DNA of 64,000 bases. Origin: Octopus sinensis (Eukaryota). Positions 36,050 to 49,800 of the stretch are shown one piece after another. The stretch lies in assembly GCF_006345805.1 (NCBI RefSeq), contig NC_042998.1, positions 147,188,001 to 147,252,000 of the forward strand, read 5' to 3'. Below the pieces are notes generated by a model, which searched no databases, was not told the origin of the DNA, and saw only the letters and a list, made by a program, of their open reading frames with translations. Within the stretch, counting starts at the first letter, position 1; each line of letters begins with the position of its first letter. Position numbers and translations under genes: made by a program.

Positions 36050-37753
36050 TAGATTACAGGAACAATATCTTCTACAGGCATAATAGATATTTTCCGTCAA
36101 ATTTTGGTGGATTAAACGTTTCAATATCTCTTCTGCTCAGCTGAAGCTACCTTTTACTCTTGCGTTGGAAGATTAAGACTTAATGCTGGAGTCACCAATT
36201 ATAGACACCTTACATTTCTTGCTGGAAGTGAAACATCTGGTTTATTTAATAAATAATCCTTTATTCTCCTACAGGTCTTTGTTGAAGTGGTTCACTCGAC
36301 AGTTTTGGAATCATGCAACAGCATCGGTAAAAGAGTGCTTCTTTAAGAGCTAAAAAGGTTTTATTCCCAATCCATGAGATGGTGTTCTCTTTACTTTCGG
36401 GCGCATGTGGTTAATGCATTTGTTTTCCTGGTGCTAACGCGCGCACGCACACACACGCACAATATTTATACAAAATAGAAAACAAAACACATTGTTTATA
36501 GGATGTTTATACCCGTATTATGTATGTTTGATTAACCCGAGATAATTATTAGTTACTAAATACAAAATACATAAAGATTTCACGTCAAATCGTCAAATAT
36601 AATTGAACTGAAAACATAACAGTATTCACTGTTGTGGAGATGCTTACCACAAAATGCGGATTTCGAAGCAAAGGCTACAAGTACCGTAACCAAACGGAAA
36701 TACAAATGAAGTTTTTAATACTGGTTATTTGTCAAGCAGTTTAATGTTTAAACTTTACTGTACGAACACACACACACACACACAAGCAAACATATATATA
36801 TATTAGTGTGCATGTATTTATGTATTTATGTATGTATGTATTTATGTATGTATGTATGTGTATATATGTATAATATATTACTGTGACTGCACTATCTTAA
36901 AGTTGGCGTTTAGGTAGAAATATAACTTTTATATATAGCGATTGTATCACAATTACATAGTGTATATTTAATATAAGTTCAGGGAAGTGACATAAGGATA
37001 TGGAGGTAGTAAGGAGCGGGGAAATGTGATGGGATGTTTGAGAATCACTAATGCAGAGAATTCGTCATTATCTGGAAGCAATATCGTTAGGCATTTTATC
37101 CGTCATTCTTTCACTTCCACCTACCCACCGCCCTCTATCGGAAGCTTTGTTCCAGTACTTTCTCGTTTTATCTTTTCATTTTATCCTTTTCAGTTACTTT
37201 TATTCTGTTTACCTCAAACCTTGTTTCTATTTCTTTTCCCTGATCTACAACTCTCCATTTCACAAAGTGAGGTGAAATCTTCTGAAGATTTCCATTTTCT
37301 TTCTACAATTCGAAGTCAAGCAGTTTCTCTGTGACTTAAATTTTTTCCTTTGTTTGACATACAATTACATGTATGATAACAAGTCTTTAACAGTGTAATT
37401 CGAAGTAGATAAAGCTACAAATAAAATGTAAATATTGGGTTAAAATACACTTTGGATCGAAAAAGTCGAAGGCTGCCTGTAAACAACATACAGTTCTTGC
37501 TGGTAAGACCAAAGCTTCTAAAATGCTCAGAGAAATTCAAAGATTGCCTTGATCTAATAGGAGAACGTTTGTCAGTCTTACAGATGTAGGTCCGTGTTCC
37601 ATGGACAGTTTTCAGCTTTATCTATCCAAAGGATTTTAAAGTCAATATTTATATATTACTATTTTCAGTTTATTTACCTCGAGTTCTATAGTTTAAAACA
37701 AATTATTTCATGATGGATGCAGTTCTATATTTAAGAAATGAGGAATTGTGTAC

Positions 37754-37790
37754 CTTATGAAGGCTGGAGGGTATATCAGCCGAAACGTGT
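37754..37790 (+). ncRNA. Degenerate hammerhead motif
   Basis: CUUAUGA-A-GGCUG-GAGGGUAUAU-CAGCC-GAA-ACGU. G5 is mutated and stem I is poor. Confidence 0.4.
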
Positions 37791-38709
37791 TAACAACAAA
37801 CAAGATGAGGACAAATATCTGTCAAATGTAAATAACGAATTATTTCATGTTTTTTTTTTTTGGAATTTCTACATTCTTATGAAGTAAACAACATATTATA
37901 TGCTAAAAACGTCGACTCCTTGCTTCTTTATTCTTAATCACCTCAACATTTCGATGTCGTACACAAATTCTTTGTTACTTTTTTCACTTCTGTCATCCTG
38001 TCTTAGTATTTATTGTAGAGCAAAGTATTTTCTCTTGCCACCACTCTGTCCTTAATGGTACTAACTCTATTTCTCTCACTCTTTCTTTCCGTAACCTTCC
38101 ATATTTCACTGCATGCTGGCTATTTACTCGCTTGCTGGTTGACAGCTAGCTACTTCTCCTTGTCATTCCCTCATCATACTATCCCTGGCTGCTTATTTGA
38201 GTTGTTCACCTGCCTTATAAAACTTTTATAAATCTTACACTCTCTTTCAACAATCTCAGCATAGCCACTACGTTCTCTAAATATTTAGCGAGATAGACAG
38301 AGGTAAATAGGGAAATAAACAAGGGAAATGTGACTCGATTTCGTTTTATTTACCAAGTGAAGACACTTGCATATATACAAGTTCATAATATAATCATTTA
38401 TACCTTTCTCATCTCATCATCTTATGTATGTATGTATGTATGTATGTATGTATGTATGTATGTATGTATGTATGTAGTATGTATGTATGTATGTATGTAT
38501 GTTCAGACACACATACACTTATATGTCTGAGTTTACCAACAACACTGAAAAGCTATTCTATACGTAATGTGTCTGTATTTGTCTGATTGGTTTTAACTGG
38601 ATGTTTGCATAATTTCAATGAATATTTTTTGTCAATTATTTTATATATAGCTTCTTTAATTCTTTTCCCTGTCTCTCTTCATCTATCTATCTATCTATCT
38701 CCCCTCTCC

Positions 38710-38793
<84 letters not shown>

Positions 38794-39151
38794 GCTACTG
38801 ATTACTGTGTATATTATTAAGTGTATCCTACATCTGCAGATTTATCTCTATGTGTGTGTGTGTAAATATTTTGTGTTATTTTTGTACAGAAGAAATTTAT
38901 CGGCATCCCAGACCATTTTGGTCAAATTTCAAAATTCCAGTAAACAAATTCTTCCGACAAACAATTTGAAACAAATTTAAAAACAAAAATACCGACGCAA
39001 ATAAATAAATATATATAAAAATAAAACCTTACATAACGATTGTTGCGATAAGTATAAATCTATATACATATGTGAAAATATGTGTTTTGTGTGCGTGTGT
39101 GCGTGTGTATGTGTGTGTGTATGTGTGTATGAATGTCTGTATATATGTATG

Positions 39152-39199
<48 letters not shown>

Positions 39200-39337
39200 T
39201 ACAGATACACACATATATTACATATATTACTAGGCATATATGTATGTATAATATATATGTGTGTGTGTTTATATAAAGATACACACATATATTACATATA
39301 TTACTAGGCATATATGTATAATATATATGTGTATATA

Positions 39338-39391
<54 letters not shown>

Positions 39392-39409
39392 CATATATGT
39401 GTGTGTATC

Positions 39410-39442
<33 letters not shown>

Positions 39443-39706
39443 TATATATATAATACACACAGTATTATGTGTACGAGTGCATGTCATCGGCTGTATAGAA
39501 TATATGTGTGCATATGTAAACATATACGCATACGAATACATGCATATGTGTGAAGGCATTCTCGTGTAAGTTTACATGTTTAAATGTATATATGACGGTA
39601 TATATGAATACATGCATGCATATATACAAATATATAAGGATGTATGTTTATGAATGTAAATAAATGTTGGTTTGTGTGTGCTTGTGTGATTGTGCGTGTA
39701 TGTTTG

Positions 39707-39760
<54 letters not shown>

Positions 39761-39933
39761 GCAGTTTTCACCCTCCGCTTTCCACGATATATATGAATTC
39801 CTTTCTGTTTTTGCAACTCGGCTCTCTCAACAATTTGATCGGTGCGATAACATTTCCTGTCTTGGGTGGAACAGAAAGTTGTTTAGTAGAATGGAAAGGG
39901 CGACGGGGAAAACGACGCTGACGATGCCGGTGG

Positions 39934-39970
<37 letters not shown>

Positions 39971-41723
39971 GACGCCAAAGATGATGCTGATGATGATGTT
40001 GATGATGATGACGATTACGACAACGACTACAGTGACGACAACGTCACCGAGGTGGATAATGTGACAAATGATGATAACGACGGCAACATGGTTACTACTA
40101 ATCTTACTTGTAATGATGATGATGATTTCAATATTTAATGATCGTTTAGACCCTCCTTCCTTTCCAGTGTCCTGTTGCTGTCAAGCCCGAAATCAGCTTT
40201 CATTGATCAGACTAAAAGATCAAAAGCATTCCAGCCATACCCATCTCATCGATTTTGGATGTAAGGAATACATACTACATTATCTAACGTTACCTTTGAT
40301 TTTGTTTTTAAAGACAGTAGGCTGTTATCTGAGTGAGATTTAGCTGTTATTTATTGCAGGACAAACGGCCATGTACAAGATTTCACTCCGGTTCATCATC
40401 TCTCTTGTAATTTGACGACTGATTTATCAATCCGGCTTCTGTGGCTTTCCAGGTCGATTGGAGCTCTATTTCCAGCAGAAGATTGGTCTGAAACGCAGAC
40501 AATTGAAGAAAACCACCAAGGAGGTACGCATGCCAGCTGCAACAGCGTAAGCTGTTTATGGTCGATTAGAGACCGCGGGCGGAAACCTTCCGCAGCCGAA
40601 GAATAGTTCAGACCTCGCTTCCTCACCCAGGCGAAGCACACAGGCTAAGGGACGAAATGCTTGTGACCCTGAGATACCTACTAATGACACAGAAGAGTTT
40701 CTAGCATTGTAATGAATTCAGAATATGAGCTTGCAATACCTCTGGGATGCTCCTGAATTTTCTGCGTGGGGGAAAAGCATCTCCGATGTTTATTTCACCA
40801 TAGAATGTTATTGCCATTCTTCAAGTCTAATTTATTTCAAAGTTTAAGTTTTTATTGGAAATCTATATCCTGTAATTACCGAATTTATTAAAAATATTCC
40901 TAATTATTGAACCATATTTTTTCTTTCACACCGCATATTTGCTTATTTTTACGATTTTTTTAATGCTCATTACATTATGTGTAGCTAGTGCCCTCATTTG
41001 AAACAGCATTGAATTAAAATAACCATCTGTGTATAATACTTAACTTATTTACACCATTGAAATGTATGATGTCTTAGTTTTAGTCAGGGAGAAACTCTAT
41101 TCATAGACATGCTGTGTTAGAAACTCAATATATATCGAAGTGATTTTTATTTCAATTCATTTCAGCTCAGCAAGTTTTCTGCTATATCAATGAATGTATA
41201 ATTCCCTATTTTCTATATATCAGAGGGAACAAATTTCGTTTAATCATGTGACAAGCTGGTCCACGTCATTGACAAGGTCCAAGAAGCCCAGATGTGTCTG
41301 CCGTTCTCGTGAATCATTGCTCGTTCTGATATATATTTTGTTTTTAACATATCTATGAAGAGATTTTTCTCTCAAACAAAAACCGCTGCATTATGCCTTT
41401 CAATGATGCACATGCATTTAGTATGATATGCAGGTGACTATTTTATGTATGGATTACAGTTAGTTGTGAGCGAGTATGACTTGATAGTATGTATCGTGTT
41501 TTCGCTACTTGTTGTTATGCTCCTGTACAATTGCAAACAAAAATAGAGATCTTCATGGTTTCCTGCCTCATTCTAAGCCCAGTAGCACAACCATAATTTG
41601 AAGGAGAGAGGGCTGTATCATCAAACGTAAAGCTTTGAGAGCGAAATCACCACCATGACAAATCGCAGCCGACCGCCAAAACAAAAAAAAAACATTATGC
41701 GTGTGTTTAATAATACACGCCCG

Positions 41724-41778
<55 letters not shown>

Positions 41779-41958
41779 CACACACACACACACACACACG
41801 CACCCACACATAGCGTACTGTTCCGTGATGGTAAGGTCAGCAAAAAGCACACCATCTGGTGAGAGATAAACATTATCTAATAGACACAGTACATGATTTA
41901 TGTGCTATTAATATCTTAATGTTGGGAAATACCTCAAACATATTCATCAGGCACAAAC

Positions 41959-41995
<37 letters not shown>

Positions 41996-42049
41996 CCGAC
42001 ATATATATATGTGTGTGTGTTCGCGAGTCCTGGGACTTGTAAGGCCGGC

Positions 42050-42303
42050 TAGAGGTGGCCGAAATCACAATATCCTTCCAGAACATGACGCCGGTCCGTT
42101 GCAAGGTTCTTCAAGAGCAACAATTTTGAGAGAAGAAAAGTCGACGGTCGAACTCAGTACTTGAATGGTGCTTTATTTTATCGACTCCGAAGGGATGAAA
42201 GACAAAGTTAACCTCGGCAGGATTTGAACCCATAACGTAAATAGCCTAAGGAATGCCGCTAAGCGTTTTGCCCTCCGTGCTAACGATTTTTCCAGCTCGC
42301 CAC
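42050..42303 (-). mobile_element. SINE family A, diverged
   Basis: Family A head and core. Confidence 0.65.
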
Positions 42304-43019
42304 CCATCTTTGTGTTAATTGGAAGCATGAAATCTCACCCCTTACATTTTTGCGTCTTTGTCTTTTCTCACTCTGGGTGTTACAATAAGTCTATTTATTT
42401 TCTCTTTTAGCTGCCCACCCCCATTTTTCAAACGCACAACTATTTACCAAAACAAAAAACAAAAAATATTACATAAACACTTTGAAATGTCAGTAATGAA
42501 GTATAATAGAGTTGAAGGTTTCGGGGACAACATTTTCTAACTCTTTAGTTGAATGAGTATTACAAGTCATGCAATGAAACGTTTTTAACGAAGCCTTGAA
42601 AGCACAGAGAAAACAGTGACATTGAAAATAAACGTAAAGTAATGGTGCCAATTCTATGAGGAATCCTCTAATGCTCACTCCATCTGTTAGAAATAGCAGC
42701 CAAATACCTCTCAAATTATATTCCGATCAGGCTGGTGTAAACCTGCTGTTGGTAACTATGTAATCCAGTATTAACTGCTTTTGGTCGATTGTCGGGTGAC
42801 TAATATGTATACGTATACATACATATACATACACAAACACACACACACGCACGCGCGCGAACACACATGCACACACACACATTTATGTGTATGTATGTGT
42901 GACTGTGTGTATGTATATATGTGTGTATATATATATATATAATATAAATATATAAATATATGTATATATACATACATATATGTACATACCTACATATATA
43001 TGTATATATACATGCATAT

Positions 43020-43225
43020 ATGGGTACAGGACATCAAAAAAACGTGAACAAGATGAGAAACGAGAGCATAAAAAAAAAAACAGAAAACGAACTATTTTTC
43101 GGACAACGAAAGAAACAAATAGAGAAACGAGACAGGCAACACAAAGAACATTCCCTTCATCAGTTGTCCCTTGTTTTATCTACTCTGCATTTCGAAGATA
43201 GGGACAAGACGCGACTCCATTAAAA
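43020..43225 (-). repeat. Interspersed repeat related to 25505-25655
   Basis: Shared GGGTACAGGACAT terminus next to a (TA)-rich tract. Confidence 0.5.
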
Positions 43226-43875
43226 CAGTTCTTTCCGCAAAGCAAATTAAATAAAATTTCGGATTTTTTGTGGAGGGTTAAAGTGGTAACAAAAACGGGA
43301 CAGTAAGAACAAAACAGTAAAAACAGAGTAAAAACAAACGGTGCGGGCTGTTAAGCCAAGACGAGGTGAAGTGGTGAGCGCTGAAAAAACGAGTTTTGAG
43401 AAGAGACAGGCAAAAGCACATCTTGTCTTTAGGAAGGAAGTGGAAGAAAGAAAGATAGATAGTCGTTGGTCACGTGTGAGTAACGAGAGAGTCAAGGAGG
43501 AAGAGTGAGAGAGAGGGAACGGTGAAGGGAAGAGGGGAAAAATAGGGAAATGGTGGGAGAGAAAAACAGAAAGGAAGATATAGGTTGAAATAACCACCTT
43601 AAGGGATCGAAAATATCCAATGAATTGCTGGTTTATTACCTATTATTTTGTTGTGAATAGTAATATTCCTAAAGTAATAGGTTTAAGTATAAATCTTGGT
43701 TTATAAATATTCAACTGATTGAGATGGAAAAATAACATGTAATAACCTAACGATATGTATTTTTTAATCCTCTGACAAAATTTTGCCCAATAAAATGTTT
43801 TAATTACTGAAATTTGATTATTTTGGGCAAAACCGAAACAGCTGTAAGTGAGCATGTTGAATGTGTGTATGTATG

Positions 43876-43910
<35 letters not shown>

Positions 43911-43914
43911 CGAA

Positions 43915-44045
43915 CTTCCACACTGACTCCGTCAGCTAAATTCATTCAAAGGCACTTGCCAACCTGGGGCTATAATAGAGAACACGTCCAAAGTTCCACG
44001 GAGTGGGACTGAACCCAAAGCCACTTGGTTGTAAATGCAACACAT
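43915..44045 (-). mobile_element. SINE family C head
   Basis: Reverse complement of GGGTTCAGTCCCACTCCGTGGAAC...CTATTATAGCCCCAGG. Confidence 0.45.
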
Positions 44046-44226
44046 TTGGTCATACGTCCATATTTATTTGATTTGTTGTTTTTATCTCCAGTTGTACTCT
44101 GTAGTGTTTCCTCGGCTTGTGTCAAATGTTGAACAGGTAATTGATTATTATCGATTTGTGTGGCTATCATCTCCTCGGTAATTTTAGAGTGTATTGCAAT
44201 TAGGATCAATATTTATATCTAAGATA

Positions 44227-44622
44227 AAGGCGGCAAGCTGGCAGAATCGTTAGCACGCCGACCGAAATGCTTTGCGGTATTTCGTCTGCGGCTACGTTCT
44301 GAGTTCAAATTCCGCCGAGGTCGACTTTGCCTTTCATCTTTTCGGGGTCGATTAAATAAGTACCAGTTACGCACTGGGGTCGATATAATCGACTTAATCC
44401 GTTTGTCTGTCCTTGTTTTTCCTCTCTGTGTTTAGCTCCTCGTGGGTAGTAAAGAAATGGGTATTTCTTCTGTCTTTACGTTCTGAGTTCAAATTCCGCC
44501 GAGGTCGACTTTGCCTCTCATCCTTTCGAGGTCGACAAATTAAGTACCGTTAAGTACTGGAGTCGATCTAATCGACTGCCCCACCCCACACAATTCTGGG
44601 GCTTGTGCCTATAGTAGAAAAG
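44227..44622 (+). mobile_element. Dimeric family A SINE with ~17-bp TSD
   Basis: Full long-tail monomer plus a headless monomer. AATATTTATAT(C/G)TAAGA at 44208-44224 and 44623-44639. Confidence 0.85.
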
Positions 44623-45894
44623 AATATTTATATGTAAGAGAGAAACATTAGATTTTCGGTGTAAAATATCTTACATGTCATTTAATCCTTCTAGGTCATG
44701 AGTTCAAACTCACCCATGTCAATAAAAGAGAAAATGGTAACCCAATCTGCGATCGATTCCATCTACATTTCCGCCAAGCCTATAAATATTTCCTTTCTGC
44801 TTGAAAAAAAAAGTTCAATATTTTCTAAATTTATTTCTGAATTCTACAGAAGTATACGGTTAAAAATGTCTCTTCGTAATCGTGATTTGGGGTTCGACTC
44901 CATCAATCATCGCTTTGAAGAAGTGACTTTTTGACAACCTGAAGTGAAACCAAAATTTGTAAAACTAGGTTGAATGAAATTGTACAGAAGATGGGCTGAA
45001 TCTGTTCTTGTGTGGTGGACTTCATGCAGCGCCCTGTTTAATAAACCAAATGGGATACTTATTGTGGAGACCATTCTGTTCAGTACCACCTTTTCGTAGA
45101 AAAGTGGAATCTACTCTGTTTATCACTACCACCGAGTCCTGGGATACTTTTAAGCGATGTCCACTCTGTTGTAAGCAACGCGGTGTTAACTTCATCTCAG
45201 TATTATGTCGTAGTAACATAGAAACGGAGCTTATTTTTCCTATTTTTCTCTTTTTATGTCACAAGCATTCAGAAAATATTTCTAAAACATTTATGTTAAA
45301 CATATGACGACCTTCTTTCAGCTTTCCGAAGTCTTAAGTGCGTTCATGTATTTCAGAAGTTCCGTAATGTGATATTAATTTTAACATCACTTTAGGTCTC
45401 AATTTTTGTTGTTATGGAAGTGCAATGGCGGTTGGAATAGTCGTTTGAAATAAACGCCCAAAAGATGAAAAACAAAGTTGGTTTTGATAGGAGACTTAGA
45501 CCAAAACAGACCTCAATAAAAAGGCCTAACTAAATAGGTCTAGATGAATAGCTAAAGAGGCCTAGCTAAAGCGACCTCACTCAAATAATTCAAACCATTT
45601 TATCAGATGCTCTAACAACCTTACGCCCTAAAAGGAGTACTGGACTTCTCCCTAGATACGAAACAATTATGCGCTGCTCTCCGCTTAATCACTTTATTGA
45701 TTTTACCAAAAAGATGATGTTTACAGATGTAATAGATTGTGTCAGATGATATTTACTGTAACATCGAAAGGTGAAATCTTCCTCTATCACAAATATTTTT
45801 CACCAAAACTTAACGAAAGCAAAATGTTAACTTATAATGCTGTTGTTGTTTATAATTTCTAATACAATTATTGATCATATTTGTAGTGTTTTCA

Positions 45895-45950
45895 AGGCGG
45901 CGAGCTGGCAGAATAATTAGCACGCCGGGCGAAATGCGTAGCCGTATTTG
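45895..45950 (+). mobile_element. SINE family A, head only
   Basis: GGCGGCGAGCTGGCAG...GCCGTATTT, then stops. Confidence 0.7.
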
Positions 45951-45960
45951 TAGCGTATTC

Positions 45961-46018
<58 letters not shown>

Positions 46019-46020
46019 TA

Positions 46021-46683
46021 TATCCCCTCTCCCTCTATCCGCCCTCCTCCTCTCCCCTCCTCTTCTCCTCTCCTTCCTTCTCCCCCTTCTCTCCCCTCCT
46101 CTTCTCCTCTCCTTCCTTCTCCCCCTTCTCTCCCCTCCTCTTCTCCTCTCCTTCCTTCTCCCCCTTCCCCCTCCTCTTCTTCCCTTTCCTTCTCCCCTCT
46201 TCTCCCCTTTCCCCCTCCCCTCCCCCTCATCTCCTCTCTCTACACTACACCATACGACTTTACACATCACATCATATATACATACACACGTCCAGACCTC
46301 TCATACGCACTAATACTCTCATACACACACACACACACACACACACACTCTTATGTTGGAGCGAGGTCATTTAACCCTATTATCTCCCCTAATTTCGCTC
46401 TTGCGTCTCACGTTTGATCTTTGACTTCTGGCCGAAATCAGATCGCCATGTTGATTCGCTAGCCTCTGCACGCATTTTTTTTCTCTCCTTCTTTCTGTGT
46501 TTCTTCTCTTTGTATCTTTCTGTTGAAGAGCGTAGGCTCGAAACGTTAAAGACTTGTTTTATTTATATTTCCTGAGCGCCATACTAATACAATTGTTTGT
46601 TTGTATTCCACCTGCCTTCGTCTTTTGTTTATTTCCGTAAACCTGCCTTCGTCTTTTGTCTATTTTCATAAAGCTTCCCGTTA
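46021..46683 (+). mobile_element. 3' portion of the 17299-19153 PLE family, with HHR-like motif at 46515-46552
   Basis: Near-identical to ~18600-19153. Preceded by (AT)n. Confidence 0.88.
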
Positions 46684-47070
46684 TCTCTCTCTATATAAAC
46701 GGAAGTTTGTCTGTGCGTGTTTCTGTGTGTCTGTTTGCTTGTACCCTCACTCTGACCACGGCTTTCAACCGATTCTGATGAAACTTGACACACACATAGC
46801 CCAATGTCATAATTTAAAACTAACGCAGCGAAAATTTTTAAAAGTTCCCCCAGTTCTGAAAAAAATCGATAAATTCGACATGGGGTCGAGAATCAAAAAA
46901 AATAAACCACAGACTGTCTAGGGGACGCAACTCAACCTTTTTTTACTCTCAAAAAAAAATTTACCATAATTTTTTTTCTATTTTTTTGCTATTTTTTGGC
47001 TATAAACTCTCTAAAAATGCTTTATAGTTATTTCCCTTACAAACCCGAGCAACGCCGGGCGATACTGCTA
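46684..47070 (+). mobile_element. Non-autonomous Helitron, copy 3
   Basis: A|TC...CCCGAGCAACGCCGGG...CTAG|T. Confidence 0.87.
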
Positions 47071-47455
47071 GTATATATATATATATATATATACATTAAA
47101 AGATTAATACAGAAGACACACAGAGCATTGCATCTGGTGTATTGCATCATTTCACGCCCCTTAGGAAGCAGTGCAATATGATGCCGAAACGATTGCTGTG
47201 CTAATAAATGCTTCTTGTTATACTCCGTCTTGTGTATTAATCTTTCAAAATATAACCTACGTGCACCTTGGAATTCCGGACGTAGATCCAAGGACACACG
47301 CACAGCATCGCTGATGACGTCTAGTAGCCGTTCTCTGCAGACACACTACATGGGACTTACCACGAAACAAGGTTTGAATACCGCATTTAACGCCTGCTTT
47401 CGAAACCTTAATTCTTTAATTTTAAATTTGACTAATATATATATATATATATAGA

Positions 47456-47535
47456 CCCCGAATGGGGTCGATTAAATGAGTACCAGTTACGCACCGGGGT
47501 CGATGTAATCGACTTATCCCTTTGTCTGTCTTTGG
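47456..47535 (+). mobile_element. SINE family A fragment
   Basis: GGGGTCGATTAAATGAGTACCAGTTACGCAC... Confidence 0.55.
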
Positions 47536-48350
47536 GCAATATAAGCTGTAAACTTATGAAGGTGATTACATGATTCCTGTTCCCTTGTCGTTAATTAAGA
47601 CACACACACACATACACATATATACACACATACAAATGTGTGTATGCGTGTATGTAACGCAAAGAGTCTAGCCTGTCATTTCAACATTTCTGCCAATCAT
47701 TTCAGCCATTGTTTTTCGAACTCGAAAGAGTATAAAGCAAAATCGACCACTTGGGGATTTCCCCTCAGATCGCAGAAATCCTGAACAAGTACCATGAAGC
47801 ATTCTATTCAACAATCTAACAACTTCGCTAATGCCCCTCTGGGTTTTACACATTATAACTAACCACAGGCTGCTATCTCTCGATGAGTCACTTTTCTCTG
47901 ATAAAGGTTTAACAAGGCCAGAAACTAGCCATATCGATCTTTCCTGTTAAGAGAGATAAAACTTTCGGTGAAAACTTGTTTACTATTCAAGGTGAGGTTA
48001 CACTGTGTGTTTACTAAAAGAGTATACTTTACATTTAAAATTATACCCCATGCCACTAAAACCACTGTGCTATGTACTATTAATTCATGTGTGTATTTGT
48101 GCGTGTATGAATGCATGCGTACTTGTGTGTTTATTAAATCTTTAGCTTGTTTTAACCATTGCAGATAAGTTATTGTTGGTGCACTGCCTTCAAATACACT
48201 TACACGCGCGCGAATGCACAGACATTTACAAACACACACACACACACACACACACATACACACACACACTCATACACACACACATACATATATACATATG
48301 CGTATATGTATTATTAAGAAAATGGCGAGGTTATACCCTCGTAGTGACTG

Positions 48351-48404
<54 letters not shown>

Positions 48405-48555
48405 CACATACACGCGCACACACACACACAAACACGCATACTCATACACACATACTTTAAGCTGTTCATGAAAACACGATTAAAATAAAAATTGGTTAAT
48501 AGCTTTACCAGCCCTGCTTCGGAGTAAACATATCTTATTTCTGGTATTATATGAA

Positions 48556-48625
<70 letters not shown>

Positions 48626-48974
48626 CTCTCACACATACACACACGCGCGTGCGCACAGCTACACCTGCACGTTCTTATGTATATTCACATATACAAACAC
48701 ATTCAAACATGTGACACAGAGTGTGTGTCTGCTCGGTGGAGATTATGTACGGGTGTACGTACGAGCTAAAATTATTATGTTCGTGTGTGCGAAGGCAAGG
48801 AACTTTAAAGTTTATGTTTAAACATCTATGTAAAACACACGCACATAAGTAGGTATGTGGGTGGGTGGTGGTGTTAGAGGCAGAAAGAATGCATACGACT
48901 GTGCATTAATATATTTGTATTAATGCTACACTCTAATGGTGTATATGAATATGTGAGTATATAACAATGACAGG

Positions 48975-49210
48975 AGTCTGTCCAGTTCCACTGCGTTACA
49001 CCTCGAGCAAGAGAGTCTTCTACTATAGCCTCGCGCCGACCAAAGACTTGTGGGTGGATTTGGTTGATGGAAACTGAAAGAAGTTCGTCGTAATGTGTGT
49101 GTGTGTGTGCTTTTGTCCACCACCACCACCGTTTGAGAAGTTGTGTTGCTCTGTTTACATCCTCGTAACTTAGCGGTTCAGGAAAAGAGATCGATGGAAT
49201 AGTGTCCGAC
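48975..49210 (+). mobile_element. SINE family C, diverged
   Basis: CAGTTCCACTGCG...CTACTATAGCC...GGAAACTGAAAGAAG...GTAACTTAGCGGTTC. Confidence 0.55.
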
Positions 49211-49479
49211 ACCTGTTTTGTTCCTCCTTACGATATTTCTCACTGAAACCCTTGTAGAATTCCCTAACATGACCTCACTCCAATCTGAAACCAATAAAAC
49301 TTTTGATGTCTCCATTGTTATATTTCGTACTTTTTGTTTTCTGTACACATCAACGTTTTTTACATTCAATGCCAATGTCTATCTTCTCACACACACATTT
49401 TAGCATAGACGAGACAAGTGGCGTAGCTAAAGTGTGAGCTGCCCTTGAGTTTCCTGTCCAGCCAATACAGGGTTATACA

Positions 49480-49800
49480 ACAAATCCGTCCAAGTGCCGT
49501 CCAAGATGGAGTACCTCAAACGCGTTCTTTAGTTACGCTACTGTTTTATATTTTACCTTAATCTTCTGAGAGGGTCCCACTGCGGCCGCCCGGACTCATT
49601 GACATCAAGGCGTAGTGAAGAAAAACTTAAAAGATATACAAATATGAAGAGGAAACTGATGTATCATCGAGAGTAAGTAGAAAAGGTCTTTGACATGTGG
49701 ACGACAAAGGAATGGAACATAATAGTCATAGATAGACTGATTTAGAGAGCATCTTCAAAATAATAGATGTCACAGTTGGAGCACCTTTGATTACATATAT
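49480..49800 (+). pseudogene. Possible highly degraded CR1/L2-group RT fragment
   Basis: DGVPQTRSLVTLLFYIL resembles GVPQGSVLGPLLF. Nothing else is clearly recognisable. Confidence 0.3.

Noticed and set aside
43085-43215. CTGATGA...GAAA on the minus strand as a hammerhead
   Set aside because: Neither a type I nor a type II register gave consistent stems.
44930-45200. Possible Tc1-like transposase remnant (IWFIKQGAA)
   Set aside because: Only a vague resemblance to WFQQDGA, with no supporting motifs or termini.
47305-47380. CTGATGA...GAAAC as a hammerhead
   Set aside because: The base of stem II and stem I do not pair adequately.
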